35,267 bases of DNA from Polyangiaceae bacterium (GTDB lineage: Bacteria > Myxococcota_A > Polyangia > Polyangiales > Polyangiaceae): positions 1 to 35,267 of the forward strand of contig JBGANF010000086.1 in NCBI GenBank assembly GCA_044222475.1, in the 5' to 3' direction. Under the pieces are notes generated by a model. That model saw nothing but the letters and a program-made list of their open reading frames with translations. It was not told the origin of the DNA and searched no databases. Numbering within the stretch: position 1 is the stretch's first letter; each line of letters begins with the position of its first letter. The position numbers and the translations under genes were made by a program. Below, one piece after another: positions 34,042 to 35,267 of the stretch.

Positions 34042-34619
34042 GTGGAAGAAAGCCCTTCGTACACCCACATCGTCACGGTGACGGAGAGCGACATCGACGA
34101 GCTGGGTCACGCGAACAACGTGGCCTACGTTCGCTGGGTCCAGGACGCTGCGGTGGCCCATTCCGAGGCCGTGGGGCTCGGTTATGCGGGGTACGTGAAG
34201 CTCGGTGGGGTCTTCGTGATCCGGAGGCACGAGATCGATTACCTGCGTTCGGCGTTACGCGGTGATCGGCTCGCGGTGCGTACGCGGATATCCAGTGTCG
34301 CGGCGGCGCAGTGTCAGCGAAGCACGACGGTGACGAGGGAGGCCGACGCGACCGAGGTCGCGCGCGCGGTCACGACGATTACCTGCGTTCGGCGTTACGC
34401 GGTGATCGGCTCGCGGTGCGTACGCGGATATCCAGTGTCGCGGCGGCGCAGTGTCAGCGAAGCACGACGGTGACGAGGGAGGCCGACGCGACCGAGGTCG
34501 CGCGCGCGGTCACGACGTGGGTCTACGTCGACGGTGCGAGTGGGAGGCCGACGAGGATCCACGACGACGTGTACAAAGCCTTCGGCTTCGAACCGCGAAA
34601 GCGGATCAAGGCGACGTAG
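34042..34619 (+). pseudogene. Acyl-CoA thioesterase (YbgC/4HBT hotdog family), frameshifted by an internal 140-bp tandem duplication
   Basis: 'DIDELGHANNVAYVRW' motif; GTG 34042 with GGAG RBS. Removing one 140-bp copy restores a 145-aa ORF ending '...AVTTWVYVDGASGRPTRIHDDVYKAFGFEPRKRIKAT'. May be an assembly artefact. Confidence 0.75.
34236..34517 (+). repeat. Exact 140-bp tandem duplication
   Basis: 34236-34377 is identical to 34376-34517 (period 140, 2-nt CG junction overlap). Confidence 0.95.
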
Positions 34620-34707
34620 CGGAAGCGGAAGCGGAAGCGGAAGCGGAAGCGGAAGCGGAAGCGGAAGCGGAAGCGGAAGCGGAAGCGGAAGCGGAAGCGG
34701 AAGCGGA
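34618..34707 (+). repeat. Perfect hexanucleotide tandem repeat (AGCGGA)15
   Basis: 90 nt of AGCGGA between two convergent stop codons. Confidence 0.97.
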
Positions 34708-34715
34708 CTTTGGCG

Positions 34716-35267
34716 TCACCGCACGAGCCACACGTGGAAGTCACGCAGCGGCATCGTCTTCGCGCGCAGCGTGACCCTTCTCGGCGCACCGATCCCCGCT
34801 CGCGCCTCGGTCCATCTCCCCGCGACCGCATCCGCGTGCAGCGCGACCTCGAGCAACGGCTCCCCCCCGGACACCGTCGCGTCGATCGCTTCGTCGCTTC
34901 TCACCACGATCGTCACTGGACCACCCACAGCTACATCGAAGCTCTCTTCGGTCCCCGGCGGCATGACGCGCCCTCCGTCGAACACCCCGCCGCGCACCGC
35001 GAGCGCAGGGAAGCCCCCGCGCGGCGCCGGTGACGCGTACCGATGCTGCCCCTCGCTGATCGGATCCGCGACGTCGATCTCGTCCACGACCCCCGCCGGC
35101 GGCACGTCGCCGTCGAGCGCGCTCCACTCCGCCCGGTACACGATCTTCGTCGGCCCACCGCAGATCACGTTGTCTTCGATGGTGAACCGTTCGACCTCGG
35201 TCCCAAAATGGGACGTGATGCCACCGAACCAGTTCGGATACAGCGCGAGCCACTGCGGTCGGTCGCC
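34716..35267 (-). CDS. C-terminal part of a GT-C membrane protein paralogous to 9654-11900; starts beyond the right edge
   Basis: Open to the edge: GDRPQWLALYPNWFG...NVICGGPTKIVYRAEW...VVDEIDVADPISEGQHRY...FDGGRV...DFHVWLVR aligns with DRPDVMAIYPSWWG...NVICGGYEDVVYSTDW...IVDEVDVADLVSEHDHRY...FDSGRR...DYHLWISQ. Confidence 0.85.
   Translation of the reverse strand, partial: GDRPQWLALYPNWFGGITSHFGTEVERFTIEDNVICGGPTKIVYRAEWSALDGDVPPAGVVDEIDVADPISEGQHRYASPAPRGGFPALAVRGGVFDGGRVMPPGTEESFDVAVGGPVTIVVRSDEAIDATVSGGEPLLEVALHADAVAGRWTEARAGIGAPRRVTLRAKTMPLRDFHVWLVR

Noticed and set aside
34236..34707. CRISPR array or IS-related repeats
   Set aside because: No repeat-spacer structure, cas genes, terminal inverted repeats or transposase; these are simple tandem repeats.
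34451..34831. ORFs encoding (AE)n or (RF)n dipeptide repeats
   Set aside because: They are translations of the intergenic hexamer repeat and overlap real genes on both sides.

Overview
High-GC genomic DNA, most likely from a myxobacterium (Myxococcota, probably Polyangia/Sorangiineae; inferred from gene content and protein styles), densely coding with about 33 CDS. The left end (1-3865) is the most unusual part. It holds a minus-strand cassette with the gene order of a type III secretion translocon operon (small LcrG-position protein, Bsp22/EspA/LcrV-position tip or filament protein, SycD/LcrH TPR chaperone, YopB/SseC-like translocator running off the window), with no injectisome apparatus genes in the window. 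Next to it are a 3D-domain peptidoglycan-active lipoprotein and a signal-peptide-less orphan gene coupled to a 71-aa gene. The translocon operon and the orphan gene have the same upstream element, GCAAC-N17-CGAAGGGCC(G/T)TC-ATG, at identical spacing, which suggests a shared ECF-sigma regulon linking translocon and candidate effector. The rest includes a CdnL/CarD protein with a histone-H1-like N-terminal extension, tyrS, ihfB, two GT-C membrane glycosyltransferases (plus a paralog at the right edge), a TonB-fused TonB-dependent receptor with partner lipoprotein, several Cys-rich lipoproteins, a DUF1704 peptidase, PIN-PhoH, an FGE-family protein, a STAND ATPase-TPR-wHTH regulator, yajC-secD-secF, mlaF-mlaD, DUF72, a lipase, and a thioesterase frameshifted by an exact 140-bp tandem duplication followed by (AGCGGA)15. 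No rRNA, tRNA, CRISPR array or transposase was recognised. All family calls are from motif recognition by eye, not database searches.
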